DNA of 64,000 nt from Malacoraja senta (taxonomy: Eukaryota), in assembly GCA_038087875.1 (NCBI GenBank), contig CM075994.1:2544001-2608000 (forward strand), read 5' to 3'. The first letter of the stretch is position 1. Each line of letters starts with the position of its first letter. The translations under genes and the position numbers were made by a program. Of this stretch, positions 23,833 to 35,572 are shown piece after piece. Below the pieces are notes generated by a model. It was not told the DNA's origin. It saw only the letters and a list, made by a program, of their open reading frames with translations, and did not search any database.

Positions 23833-25208
23833 TAGGCTGTGGGCCGAGCATCAAAAATGTGTCTAGAATCCAGTTTTCGTGACCCAAGTCACCAAACTAC
23901 ATGAAACTTTCCACAGATTTAGATGAAATATAAGTGAGAAGGAAGTCATAACTCGTCATTGCCAAAAGCGGCACATTAATTAATTAAACTAATTAGAAAA
24001 TGAGATCGGGAAAGTAAGCGCCATCTAGTGGCCAATGCCCATATTACACCATGGGCAGCCTATTTCCGTGTTGCAGTCCATTTAAACTATATATGATTAT
24101 ATATGATCTGGAGGTCCGGGCCGCTGAGGATGTTCTCCGTCGGGGTTCGGCGTCGGGGTTCCACCGTTCCCAGCGAGAGGGCCCGGACCTCCAGATCAGC
24201 CACCTCCCACCGGAGTCCGCAGGCCGAGCCGGGTGGAGTCGCAGGACTCCGCGATGTTGGTCAGCGCCGCCCGCGTTGGGAGCTCCGCGAACCACAGATC
24301 CGCGCTGTCGGTGCAGCAGGCCCAGCACTCCGGAGCTCCAAACCACGATCCCCGGTAAGGCATCGCCCGCCCCGCGATGTTTCCAACGTTGTGCCGCTGC
24401 TGCCGGAGCGGGGGGGGGGGGGGGGCGAGGACGCGACTCGAATAATAGTCGCATCCTCTCAAGGAAGCGACTGAAGGACGGTATCCCCCTTATCGTACCC
24501 TCTTCCCCCACATAAAAACATTTTTAAAAAAAACACAAAAACCGCTCCTCAAACATAACAAAAACATAACAAAAAAACAAAAAGATACCGGACTGAAGGC
24601 GGAGGCAGCTAGGAACAGGTGAATGTATGAATGAGTGAATGAATGAGTGAATGTACAGCCTCCAAATCTCATTTTTTCACATTATAAAGGCGCAATTAAA
24701 TTAATTAAAGTGCATACAGATTAATTTTCATAAATTCAGACTTTAGATTTTACCTGATCAGTTCCAGGTGATTCACAAAATTTGACAGCAGCACCTCAGG
24801 CAGGGACATTGCTTTCAAGACTTTATTCCCCTTAGCTGCACATTCTTCAGACTTCTTCATGCTTTTCTCACTAAATACAATTACCCTGCTGCAAGTTTCC
24901 ATGACATGTATTCCACAATTAGAAAAAATCTTCATCGGAATCTCCAGTAAAACAGGCATCAGTGAAGCCCTCTCAGTGCTCCCTGCCTAGCTAGCCTGAA
25001 ACAAAGCGCGTGATTGGCCAACTGGCTTACAACTCAATGTTAAACATGCTTTGATTGGACTAAAAATAGTTTTTCTCTAATTTAATGAAAATGTGCAAGT
25101 CTTGTTCATGACGAGTTTCAGGGGTGATTTATATGATTTTTTTACACAATATGTGAAAATTTCATGTAGTTTGGTGACTTAGGTCACGAGCTCCTCGGCC
25201 AAAGCCTA
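23833..25208. mobile_element. Non-autonomous TIR DNA transposon, Academ-like
   Basis: Termini TAGGCT..GGCCGAG and CTCGGCC..AGCCTA. Subterminal inverted repeat cgtgacc(c/t)aagtcaccaaactacatgaaa at 23878-23906 and 25160-25188. 3-bp TSD CTT at 23830-23832 and 25209-25211. TAG/CTA ends with a 3-4 bp TSD are Academ features. Confidence 0.7.
24017..24034 (-). promoter_or_regulatory. CTCF-binding motif (near consensus)
   Basis: Minus strand reads TGGCCACTAGATGGCGCT, close to the CTCF consensus TGGCCACCAGGGGGCGCT. Binding is not demonstrated. Confidence 0.6.
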
Positions 25209-25492
25209 CTTCCATTTCAGGACCTTAATTTGAGGCCCTTGGCCTGATCCCTTTCACTTTACAGAATGGTGGTCACTGTTCCCAAAGTGTTTCCCCACCA
25301 ACACTTCCACCACCCACTCACTTTTATTATCTAAGATAAGGTCAAGTCCTGTTCTGTCTCTCGTTGGTCTCTCTAAATATAGCCTCAAAAAACTTTCTTG
25401 GATGCACTTCACAAATTCCACCCCCTCTAACGTCCTTGAACTAAGGCAATTCCAGCCAATACTGACAAAGTTTAAATCGGCAATAGTAAAAA

Positions 25493-25780
25493 GGATGGCA
25501 CGGTGGCGCAGTGGTAGAGTTGCTGCCTTACAGCACCAGAAATCTGCGTTTGATCCTGACCACTGGTGCTATTTTCCTCGTGACCTGCATGGGTTTTCTC
25601 CGGGAGCTCCGATTTCCACACACACTCCAAACACGTACAGGTTTGTAGGCTAATTGGCCTGGTAGGGTTGTCCCTAGTGTTTGTACGATGGTGTTGGCCT
25701 GCGGGGAATCTCTGATCGGCGCAGACTCAGTGGGCCGAAGGACCTGTTTCCACACTGTATCTCTAAAGTAAACTAAAACT
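25493..25780 (+). mobile_element. tRNA-derived V-SINE (HE1-like), near full length
   Basis: A box tggcgcagtgg, B-box-like gtttgatcc, V-domain-like core, and a tail ending ctaaagtaaactaaaact. Confidence 0.8.
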
Positions 25781-27015
25781 ATATTGCCCTTGCATCTTTC
25801 TGACATTTGCTTAGATCTTCTTAGACAACAAAAACTCATATGTCAGACTGTTATTCATTGATTAAAAACTTTCCAAGTGTTTCCCAATCAGAAGCCTTGG
25901 ATGAACTATGAGATTCGCACTCCTCTGAAGACCAGACACCGGGCATTCATGTCTGATGATACAGTGGTCGACAAGAAGTCCAGATACGACCTTGGTAAGG
26001 CCATCAAAAAGGCCAAAAGGGACTTCTGCTCCAAACTGGAGGATGAGACAGATGTTCGGCAGCTGTGGTGGGACTTGAATACAATCACCTCCTACAAGGC
26101 GAGATCAGGAGGCAGCTCGAATGTCAGCGAAACATCACTCCCTGACGAGCTCAATGCGTTTTACGCACGCTATGATAGGGAGAACACTGATATGCCTTCT
26201 CGAGCCCCCATTCGCTGTGATGGTATTTCAGTCACAGTCACAGAGGCCGACGTCAGAAATCCTTCAGAGGGGTGAACCCTTGAAAAGCGCCTGGACCTGA
26301 TGGTATACCCGGTCGTGTTCCAAAAATCTGTGCGGACCAACTGGCTGGAGTTTTTAACGGACATTTTCAACCTCTCACTGCTGAGGTCCCCACCTGCTTT
26401 AAAAGGGCATCAACCAAGAAGAGCAAGGTGACGTGCCTCAATGACTATCGACCAGTGGTCTGTGGTGATGAAGTGCCTTGAGAGGTTGATCAAGGCGCAA
26501 ATCAACTCCTACCTCGACAAAAACCTGTTTGCTTACCGCCACAACAGATCAACGGTGGATGCGATCTCGCTGGCTCTTCACTCTGCTCTGGACCACTTGG
26601 ACAACAAAAACTCATATGTCAGGCTGTTATTCATTGATTACAGCTCGGCATTTAATACAATCATCCCCTCCAAGCTGGTTACCAAACTCGCAGAACTGGG
26701 TCTCTGCGCATCCCTCTGCAATTGGATCCTCGACTTCCTCATTCACAGACCACAGTCAGTTCGTATTCGTGTAAATGTGTCAGCCTCAATAACAATCAGC
26801 ACGGGAGCACCTCAAGGCTGCGTGCTTAGCCCCCTGCTGTACTCGCTCTATACTCATGACTGCATAGCCGGTCATAGCGCGAACTCCATCATCAAGTTCG
26901 CTGACGATACCACTGTTGTGGGACATATCACTGATGGGGACGAGTCGGAGTACAGAAGTGAGATCGACCATCTGACCAAATGGTGCCAGCACAATAGCCT
27001 GGCCCTCAACACCAG

Positions 27016-27555
27016 TGTTATGCGCTCCCCCTCCTGGTCAATGTTATGTATTAACCTTTCTCTGTTTCTTTCCCGAGTGCAGGCTAAAAGGCTCCTGTAC
27101 CCGATTGGCCAAGCTGCGTCAGGTAACGGGTGATTCACCTGAAGTATAAATAGCAGATTTCCCAGAATTCTGTCTCTCTCCGACGACCCTGTCTCGTGAG
27201 CTGATTGCTGTTGTGGGCTGTGGAAAGGCCCGGCCACATGGCATAGAACTTTGTGTAATTTCAACAATACGCAGTACCAAATATTGAATTGGGCTGTCCT
27301 TAGACGTTATCGGTATTTTGTTTCAGGGATAGCTTTCTTTTAGGCAGGTTTAGAGCCTCGGGTTCGATGGTCCATCGCGTGGCTGGCCTGAGCACTTTTA
27401 AGTTGTTTGTTAATCCATTCATATCCTTGTCTGGGTTGTTTGAATCAGGTTTGGGTTTGGTGTGTTATTAAATAATTAAACTATTTTTGAACGTAAACCT
27501 GGCTTTTGAACTGTGTTACGCGGCTCTGGATTGCCTGCTTTCGGGAGTCGTAACA
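27016..27555 (+). repeat. 5' LTR
   Basis: TGTTA...TAACA with ATTGG box and TATAAATA. About 7 substitutions relative to the 3' LTR by manual comparison. Confidence 0.95.
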
Positions 27556-27558
27556 AAA

Positions 27559-27571
27559 TGGGGGCTCGTCC
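27559..27571 (+). promoter_or_regulatory. Primer binding site complementary to tRNA-Pro
   Basis: TGGGGGCTCGTCC, 3 nt after the LTR, equals the first 13 nt of the classical tRNA-Pro PBS. Confidence 0.85.
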
Positions 27572-27723
27572 TAAGTTTTAAGAACCCTAGACGTTTGTGG
27601 GGGGGGGGGGGTTGGGGAGGCTTCTGGACTGAGGAAGTCTGTGTGTTGTGAGGGAAATGTTTCTTCCCTGTTTGTGGTAGCATTGGTGCCCAGGGTTTAG
27701 CTGGTGCTTTGGCTACATTTGAT

Positions 27724-30700
27724 ATGGAGTCTAAATGGAAGGACTTTATTGAGGCTCCTAGTCGGGAGTTGTTTGAACTGAGGGAGATGGAGCTTGAGTC
27801 ATAGAGAATGGCGTCCGCCTTAAAAAAGGATGAGCTCATGCATGTTCTTGAAATGAAACGGCTTGAGCTTGAGGAGGAAACCAAGAGGGCACAGATTCGG
27901 CTGCGGGGGAAAGAATTAGATAGGATTATGGAAGACTTTGGGAACTGTCTCCCTGAGAGGGTTACTGTTTACCTTAATGAGCAGAAAGTGAATGGGGTGT
28001 CTAAGGCCGCGGTGTTGTCAGATGAGTATGTATGGACTCATAAAGCTGATTTTGTTGGGCGCTCCTATAGTTTTGGTGCACGGCCGGTTGATCGTGGTGG
28101 TGTCGCCGGTGGCAGTGTCAAAGGTGTATCTGTGCCTGCAAGTGGCAGCACGTTGATACAGAGGGAGGTCCGAGCTGATAGGATGGAAGGAAATTTGAGG
28201 ACTAGCAAAGGTCCTGTGTGCTACTATTGTAGAGGGAGAGGGCACAGGTTAAAGGCGTGTCCCGTTCTGAAGCGGAAAAAGGAAAAGACTGTGGCTTTGG
28301 TGGGTACACAGAAGGCACCTGGGGTGCCTGAGTCTGATAAGTGTAGGGATGATTCTGCGTTCAGCATGAATGATTTTGTTTCTCTGGAGGATCGGGGCAA
28401 TAGAGTTCCAGTATCCATCTTGCGTGATACTGGTGCTACTCAGTCCTTTATATTGGATAGTGTACTGCCGTTTTCTGCGGAATCATTGGTTGGGTCAAGT
28501 GTCCCTGTGGTAGGATTCGGGATGGATGACATGGTAGTACCTTTGCATACCGTGAGTCTCGAGTCCGAGTTGGTTTCAGGCCGGGTAACTGTTGGGTTAC
28601 GGCCGTGTTTTCCCGTTGAGGGAGTTTCAGTAATTTTGGGGAATGACTTGGCAGGAGATGGAGTTTTGGTTACTCCTGAGGTAACGGCTGTTCCGATGGT
28701 GCAGAGGCCTGATGGGTTGGCTATGCAGCATCCGAAGGTCGTCGCAGCTTGTGCTGTCACGAGGGCTATGGCTGAGAGCCATGCGAAATCTGAGGATGTA
28801 GTGGACCTGAGTGAGAGCATTTTGGGGGATCAGAAGGAGGGATCCTGTGTTATGAAGGGTGTTTCTACATCTCAAGATGAGATAGTGTCTGAAAATGGGC
28901 TGGTGTCGCAGTCACGTGACCGGCTGGTTGAGGAGCAAAAGAGTGATCCAGGTTTGTCTGAGCTGTTCGACTGCGCGGTGCCTGAGGGGGATAGGGAACC
29001 CACAGCAAAGGGTTTTTTTCTAAGGGAGGGCTTACTAATGCGAAAGCGGTCTCCCTTGGATGTATCTGGGCATGATGATTGGAGCGTGGTTGATCAGGTT
29101 GTGATACCTCGTCGGTATAAGGACGGGATACTGTTTGGCTCATGATGGACCTCTGGGTGGACATTTGGGAGTCAATAAGACGAATGACCATATCTTACGA
29201 AAAAAAATTTGGCCAGGGTTGAAAAGGGACGTGAAACAGCATTGCAGGTGTTGTCACATTTGCCAGGTGGCAGGAAAGCCGAACCAATTGATTGTTCCTG
29301 CGCTTTTATATCCAATCCCTATGGTCGGTGTGCCGTTTGGGCGGATTCTAGTCGATTGTGTGGGTCCTCTACCTCGGACCAAGGTGGGCAACAAGTTTTT
29401 GTTGACAATAATGTGTGCGTCTACCCGCTTTCCGGAGGTGGTCCCTTTGCGTAGAATTACTGCCCCTACCATTGTGAAGTCTCTCACTAAGTTTTGTTGT
29501 TCGGTTTGCCAAAGGTGGTGCAGAGTGACCAAGGTTCCAACTTCATGTCGAAGGTTTTTGGTCAGGTAATGCAGTTATTAGATATCAAGCATTGTTACTC
29601 CAGTGCGTATCACCCTGAGAGCCAGGGAGCCCTCGAGAGGTTTCACCAAACTTTGAAATCGATGTTGAGGACTTACTGCCTGGAGTTTGAAAAGGACTGG
29701 GATGAGGGGGTTCATCTGGTTATGTTTGCGGTGCGTGAGGTCGTGCAGGAGTCTTTGGGGTTCAGTCCTGCTGACCTGGTGTTCGCGCATACCGTACGTG
29801 GTCCGTTAAGGGTCCGAAAAGAGAAATGGTTGCAGGAGGATACAAATCGAAGTATTTTAGACCACGTCTGTACCTTTCGGTCTAGACTAAAGAGGGCATG
29901 CAAACTGGCAATGGGTAATCTTGCTACTGCTCAGTCTAGGATGAAGGGGTGGTTCGACAGGAAGGCTTCGGGTAGGAATTTTTCTCCAGGTGACAAGGTC
30001 CTGGTGTTGTTGCCTATTCCTGGTTCCAGTCTGCAGGCTCGGTATAGCGGTCCCTATCAGGTGGTTAAGAAGGTTGGTGAAAGGGATTATGTTATTGGTA
30101 CCCCTGATCGAAGGCGTAAGACCCAGCTCGGTCATGTCAACATGATGAAGCAGTACCATGAGCAGGAGCCTGTGGAGGTTGATGGGGAGGTGCTGTGTCC
30201 TTCGGTTTCGTCTAAGCCCGTTTTGGCTGCAGTGGTGCTGCCCCCTGACACGGGTGGTGATGTGGGTGAGACACGGTTGTCGGTGGCAGTGACGCAGGGA
30301 AGGCTGTGTAACTCCGAGGCTTTGAAGTCGCTTCTCTTGCGGCTGGCACATTTGACTGAAAGTCAACGGGGTGATCTGCTTGCTTTGGTGAAGTCAAATG
30401 GGTCACTGTTCTCGGATGTGCCTTCTCAGACGTCTGTGCTGCAGCATGACATTGACGTGGCCGGTGCTGGGCCAATTAAACAGCATCCGTATCGGGTCAA
30501 CCCTGACAAGCGTCATCGTCTAGCGAGTCAGGTTGACTATATGCTGCGGCATGGCATTGCTGAATCTAGTTGTAGTCCGTGGAGTTCTCCGTGTCTACTG
30601 GCTACGAAGGCAAATGGGGAGGACAGGTTTTGCACGGACTTTCGGAAAGTAAACGGTGTAACTAAGCCGGATTGCTATCCTCTCCCACGAATGGAGGATT

Positions 30701-31740
30701 GCGTGGATCGAGTGGGAAGTGCATCGTTTGTGTCCAAATTGGACTTGTTAAAAGGGTATTGGCAAGTTCCCTTGACTGGGCGGGCAAGGGAGATCTCTGC
30801 GTTCGTTACGCCTGATAACTTTCTGCAGTATACGGTGATGGCATTTGGGATGCGCAATGCGCCAGCAACTTTCCAACGGTTGGTGAACATTGTATTGTCT
30901 GGTTTGACCTTCTGTGAGGCATACCTTGATTTGGTTGGGTGCTCCAGGTCGTGGATCGAACACATCGGTCATCTGAAGGAGGTATTCCATCGTCTAGTGG
31001 AGGCAAAGCTAACTATCAATCTGGGGAAGTGTGAATTTGGCCAGGTCACGGTAACGTATCTGGGTAAGGTGGTGGGCCGGGGTCAGGTTCGCACTCTCAA
31101 GTAGAAGGTGGAGCATATTGTCGCATTTCCTGCTCCAACCTCAAGGACTGAACTCCGTAGGTATCTGGCTATGGTTGGGTACTATAGGGGATTCTGTCCA
31201 AACTTTTCTGCGGTGGCTGCCCCTTTGACGGATTTGCTGAGTCCAAAGGTAGTTTTTGTGTGGTCCGCAAAGTGTCAACAAGCTTTTGAGCATACTAAAA
31301 GTCTTCTGGTGCGCGCACCTGTGCTTGCGGCACCTGATTTTGAGCGTCCATTTAAGCTGGCAGTGGATGCTAGTGATCGTGGGGTTGGGGGAGTTCTGCT
31401 ACAGGATGATTCAGATGGGGTGGAGCATCCAGTTTCGTACTTCTCTAAGAAGTTTAATCGACATCAGAAGTGGTACTCCACCATTGAGAAAGAGGCCCTT
31501 GCTATGTTGATGTCTCCGAGTCATTTCGAGGTTTATGTTGGCTCCTCGAATGTCCCTGTCATCGTACTCACGGATCATAATCCGTTGGTATTTTTGAATA
31601 AAATGAAGAATAAGAACAGGCGGTTAATGAGCTGGAGTTTGCAGCTGCAAGACTATAACCTGGAGGTCAGGCATATCCGTGGCAAGGATAATGTCTTGGC
31701 TGACGCCTTGTCGCGCCAGTGGAGTTTAGCTCATGAATAG
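27724..31740 (+). pseudogene. Disrupted gag-pol polyprotein (Zn knuckle, protease, integrase, RT, RNase H)
   Basis: Zn knuckle CYYCRGRGHRLKAC; protease LRDTGA; integrase HHCC plus DCVGP, SDQG and ERFHQT; RT LDLLKGYWQ with YLDL in place of YLDD; RNase H DASD...DALSR. Stops near 27801 and 31102, frameshifts near 29140 and 29500. Confidence 0.9.
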
Positions 31741-31806
31741 TTTCGGGGATTTGGTGGTGTTTTTTCTCTCTTCTTCCGAAACTTATTCAGTATCTTTGAG
31801 TGGGGG

Positions 31807-32346
31807 TGTTATGCGCTCCCCCTCCTGGTCAATGTTATGTATTAACCTTTCTCTGTTTCTTTCCCGAGTGCAGGCTAAAAGGCTCCTGTACCCGATTGGC
31901 CAAGCTGCGTCAGGTGACAGGTGACTCACCTGAAGTATAAATAGCAGATTTCCCAGAATTCTGTCTCTCTCCGACGACCCTGTCTCGTGAGCTGATTGCT
32001 GTTGTGGGCTGTGGAAAGGCCCGGCCACATGGCATAGAACTTTGTGTAATTTCAACATTACGTAGTACCAAATATTGAATTGGGCTGTCCTTAGACGTTA
32101 TCGGTATTTTGTTTCAGGGATAGCTTTCTTTTAGGCAGGTTTAGAGCCTCGGGTTCGACGGTCCATCGCGTGGCTGGCCTGAGCACTTTTAAGTTGTTTG
32201 TTAATCCATTCATATCCTTGTCTGGGTTGTTTGAATCAGGTTTGGGTTTGGTGTGTTATTAAATAATTAAACTAATTTTGAACGTAAACCTGGCTTTTGA
32301 ACTGTGTTACGCGGCTCTGGATTGCCTGCTTTCGGGAGTCGTAACA
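31807..32346 (+). repeat. 3' LTR, preceded by PPT-like gagtggggg
   Basis: Direct repeat of 27016-27555. Confidence 0.95.
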
Positions 32347-34368
32347 ACCAGCAAAACCAAGGAACTGATTGTGGACTTTGGAAGGGTGAGGACGGGGACC
32401 CACAGTCCCGTTTATATCAACAGGTCGATGGTGGAAAGGGTCAAGAGCTTCAAATTCCTGGGCTTGCATATCTCTGAAGATCTTTCCTGGTCCGAGAACA
32501 CTGATGCAATCATAAAGTAAGCACATCAGCGCCTCTACTTCCTGAGAAGATTACGGAGAGTTGGTATGTCAAGGAGGACTCCCTCTAACTTCTACAGGTG
32601 CACAGTGGAGAGCATGCTGACTGGTTGCATCGTGGCTTGGTTCGGAAACTTGAGCGCCCTGGAGCGGAAAAGACTACAAAAAGTGGTAAACACTGCCCAG
32701 TCCATCATTGGCTCTGACCTCCCGTCCATCGAGGGGATCTATCACAGTCGCTGCCTCAAAAAGGCTGGCAGCATCATCAAGGACCCACACCATCCGGGCC
32801 ATACACTCATCTCCCCACTACCTTCAGGTAGAAGGTTAAGGAGCCTGAAGACTGCAACGACCAGGTTCAGGAACAGCTTCTTCCCCACTGCCATCAGGCT
32901 ATTAAACTCGGCTCGGACAAACTGAACATTAATAGCCAATAATCTGTTTATTTGCACTTTATCAGTTTAATTATTCATGTGTATATATTTATGCAATGGT
33001 ATATGGACACACTGATCTGTTCAGTATTCGCGTCTACTATGTTCTGGTGTGCTAAAGCAAAGCAAGAATTTCATTGTCCTATCAGGGACATATGACAATA
33101 AAACTCTCTTGAACTCTTGCGATCCGTTCCTTTAATTCACACTGACTATTGGCAGGCCTGCAGTATAACCCCAACAAAGTGATGGCCCTTATTCCTAAAT
33201 TCTCCCCATACGGCCTCATTTGACAAACCCACCAGGATATCCCCCCTAATTACTGCCATTATATTCTCCCTATTTGGTAGTGTGATTCCCCCCCTCCTCC
33301 TTTGCACATGTCATGCATGAAATATCCCTGTTCTGTAACATTAAGCCTTTCCATTAACCACATTTCTGTGACTGCAATAACATCTTAATTCTATTCACTG
33401 ATCCATGCTTTCAGCTCATCTGACTTACCTATGAGTCTCATTGCATTAAAATAAATGCAGATGAGCTTTTCTGCCCTCCTGTGCTCCCTGACCTGCCTCC
33501 GTTCTCTTCTGCTTTTTGGACCCATTTGATTTCCCTGAAATATTTTACTCCCAATCTGCTAGTTTAGCTTAAATCATCCCGAGTAGCATGAGCAAACCTC
33601 TACACGAATTTTGGACTCCTTTCAGTTCAGATGCAATAGCTTCTTAGTAGCTATCCCATCTATGCCTCTTATAACTTTCTCCTTTTCGGTCTCCTCCATT
33701 TCAAACGCAACAAATACAGCCTCCAGTTTTTGCACTTAACTGAAAAGTCCCATCGAACGCAGCATTCTCGTGAATCTCCACTGTTCATAAGTCATAGGAG
33801 AAGTAGGCTATTCGGCCCATTGCGTCTACTCCACCATTCAATCATGATTGATTTCTGTGCCTTCTTTATTCCATTATATTTGATGCTCTTTTTAAAAATG
33901 TTGAAATACCATGCTTGGTCGAGTCATTCAAGTTGTTGTATTAAGCTTTAGCCAAGTACTTATGTGGATTAGCAGAGCCGTCTTACTTTAATGGATTTTT
34001 AAGCAGAAGCCCTGAACTGCGGCACAATGCAAATATTATCACTTGTTTACTGAATTTTGTGCGCAAAAAGTGACTGTGCCCCTACAAGGCACTATACTGC
34101 ACATCATTGATTTTGAAAAAATATGAAGCCTCTTGAAATCATGAAAAGTACTAAATGAATGCAAGCCTTTCTTACAAAATAGAAAAGCCATAAAAAGTGA
34201 CCGATTGTTGCTCTTCCAAATCTACAAAAAGTTACCAAAACAGTAAATAAATGGTTAACCTGCAATTAACCAACTTTTTAGTTTATAAAAAAAATCCAAG
34301 AGATTTCAGATGCTTGGAATTTGCAGTTGAAACCCAGATGAAAGACATGATTTTAAAATAATACTCAC

Positions 34369-34460
34369 GTCTGCCATATCCCCAGAGTGACAGCAGCCAG
34401 CCAGAGAAGACCAACAATAATCAGTTTGGGCAAATAAAAAGTTAAAAACTTCCTCTCTCC
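34369..34460 (-). CDS. TMEM181: TMEM181 coding exon 10 (GERKFLTFYLPKLIIVGLLWLAAVTLGIWQT)
   Basis: Acceptor tttcag, donor gtgagt. 92 nt, phase 0 to 2. Confidence 0.95.
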
Positions 34461-34956
34461 CTGAAAGAAAAGTAAAAATATTGAGGATGATTAGACCAAT
34501 AAATCCATAAAATCTAAACAGGCATTAATTAGTGACAGGGAGTGAGGGGACCATGTGGATAGACTAGTGGAGTGAGGAGTTGCCGTGTGCATGCGGTGGG
34601 GATGAGTGAGGGTCGGGGAAAAGAGATGGAGGAAGGCAAACAACTGGTGGAGTGAAGGTTGCTAGGTCTAAGGTGAGAGGGGAAAGATTTAATAGGAATG
34701 TGAGAGGCAACCTTTTTGCACAGAGGTATGTGAAATGAGCTGCCGGAGGAGGTAGTTGAGGCAGGAACTATAACAACATTTAAAAGTCATTCGGGCAGGG
34801 ATACATGGGATAAGAAAGGCTTGGAGGGATAAGGGCCAAATGCAGGCATGTGGGACGAGCGCAGATGGGGCATTTTGGACGGCATGGGCAAGTGATGCTG
34901 TAGGGCCTGTTACCGTACTCTAAGAAGCAATGCCATTCGACCAAGTTCCACTGTAC

Positions 34957-35087
34957 CTGCACACGAAATCCATGGTAAACACAAAGCCAAAATATCAGCA
35001 ATGCACAGAGGAATATTGCTTGGAAAAGGTCATCGAGCATTCCTGGAAACCAGCTGCTCACAAGAAATGAGAGTGGGAAAAACGGGT
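34957..35087 (-). CDS. TMEM181: TMEM181 coding exon 9 (DPFFPLSFLVSSWFPGMLDDLFQAIFLCALLIFWLCVYHGFRVQ)
   Basis: Acceptor ttttag, donor gtacag. 131 nt, inside ORF 34780-35148. Confidence 0.95.
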
Positions 35088-35572
35088 CTAAAAATGAAAT
35101 GAAATCAATATAACTATCAAACATTTTACAATATCTGTGCTCTACCACATGTTCTTATTAAAGCATGTTCCTAATTTGCCATTCTGAGGTTTAGTTTAGA
35201 GATACAGTGTGGAAACAGGCCCTTTGGTCGAGCGAGTCGACGCTGACCAGCGATTCTCGTACACTAGCACTATCCTACACATTAGGGACAATTTTACAAA
35301 ACCAATTAACCTACAAACCTGCGCGTTCTTTGAAATGTGGGAAGAAACTGGAGCACCTGGAGAAAACCCACAAGGTCACGGGGAAGCACACACACCCACA
35401 CGCGTACACACACGCACTTGAATAGACATCCATCTCTGTTCAGTAACCCAACCTCTCAGAAAATGTTCTCACAGATTGAGCAGATATGCATTGTGGAATT
35501 AACAGTTCCTTAGCAATTACCAGCAAAAATATGATAGCCACTCAATTATCAACATTGAATCAAGAATCAATT

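Larger units (their letters stand above)
27016..32346 (+). mobile_element. Ty3/Gypsy LTR retrotransposon, Gmr1-like, with both LTRs but defective
   Basis: 540-bp LTRs TG...CA, 5-bp TSD ACCAG (27011-27015 and 32347-32351), PBS and PPT present. Domain order gag-PR-INT-RT-RNaseH. Confidence 0.95.
25876..33119 (+). mobile_element. Rex1/Babar-clade LINE split by an LTR retrotransposon (LINE parts 25876-27015 and 32347-33119)
   Basis: RT motifs [20 protein letters not shown] and KFADD. Removing the LTR element and one ACCAG restores LALNTSKTKELIVDF. 3' tail gacaataaaactctcttgaactcttg. Confidence 0.9.

Noticed and set aside
24044..24515. Overlapping 120-155 aa ORFs on both strands
   Set aside because: GC-rich repeat with no recognisable domain and no splice or phase link to TMEM181.
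25493..25570. tRNA gene
   Set aside because: The A and B boxes belong to a SINE head that continues into a SINE core and tail. Many degenerate copies occur in the window.
27016..32346. Ty1/copia or endogenous retrovirus assignment (INT before RT, tRNA-Pro PBS)
   Set aside because: RT and RNase H motifs are Gypsy-type and there is no env ORF. The order is explained by the Gmr1 group.
34780..35148. Stand-alone ORFs around exons (also 39352-39567 and 45957-46223)
   Set aside because: Only the central parts bounded by AG and GT match TMEM181. The rest is intronic read-through.
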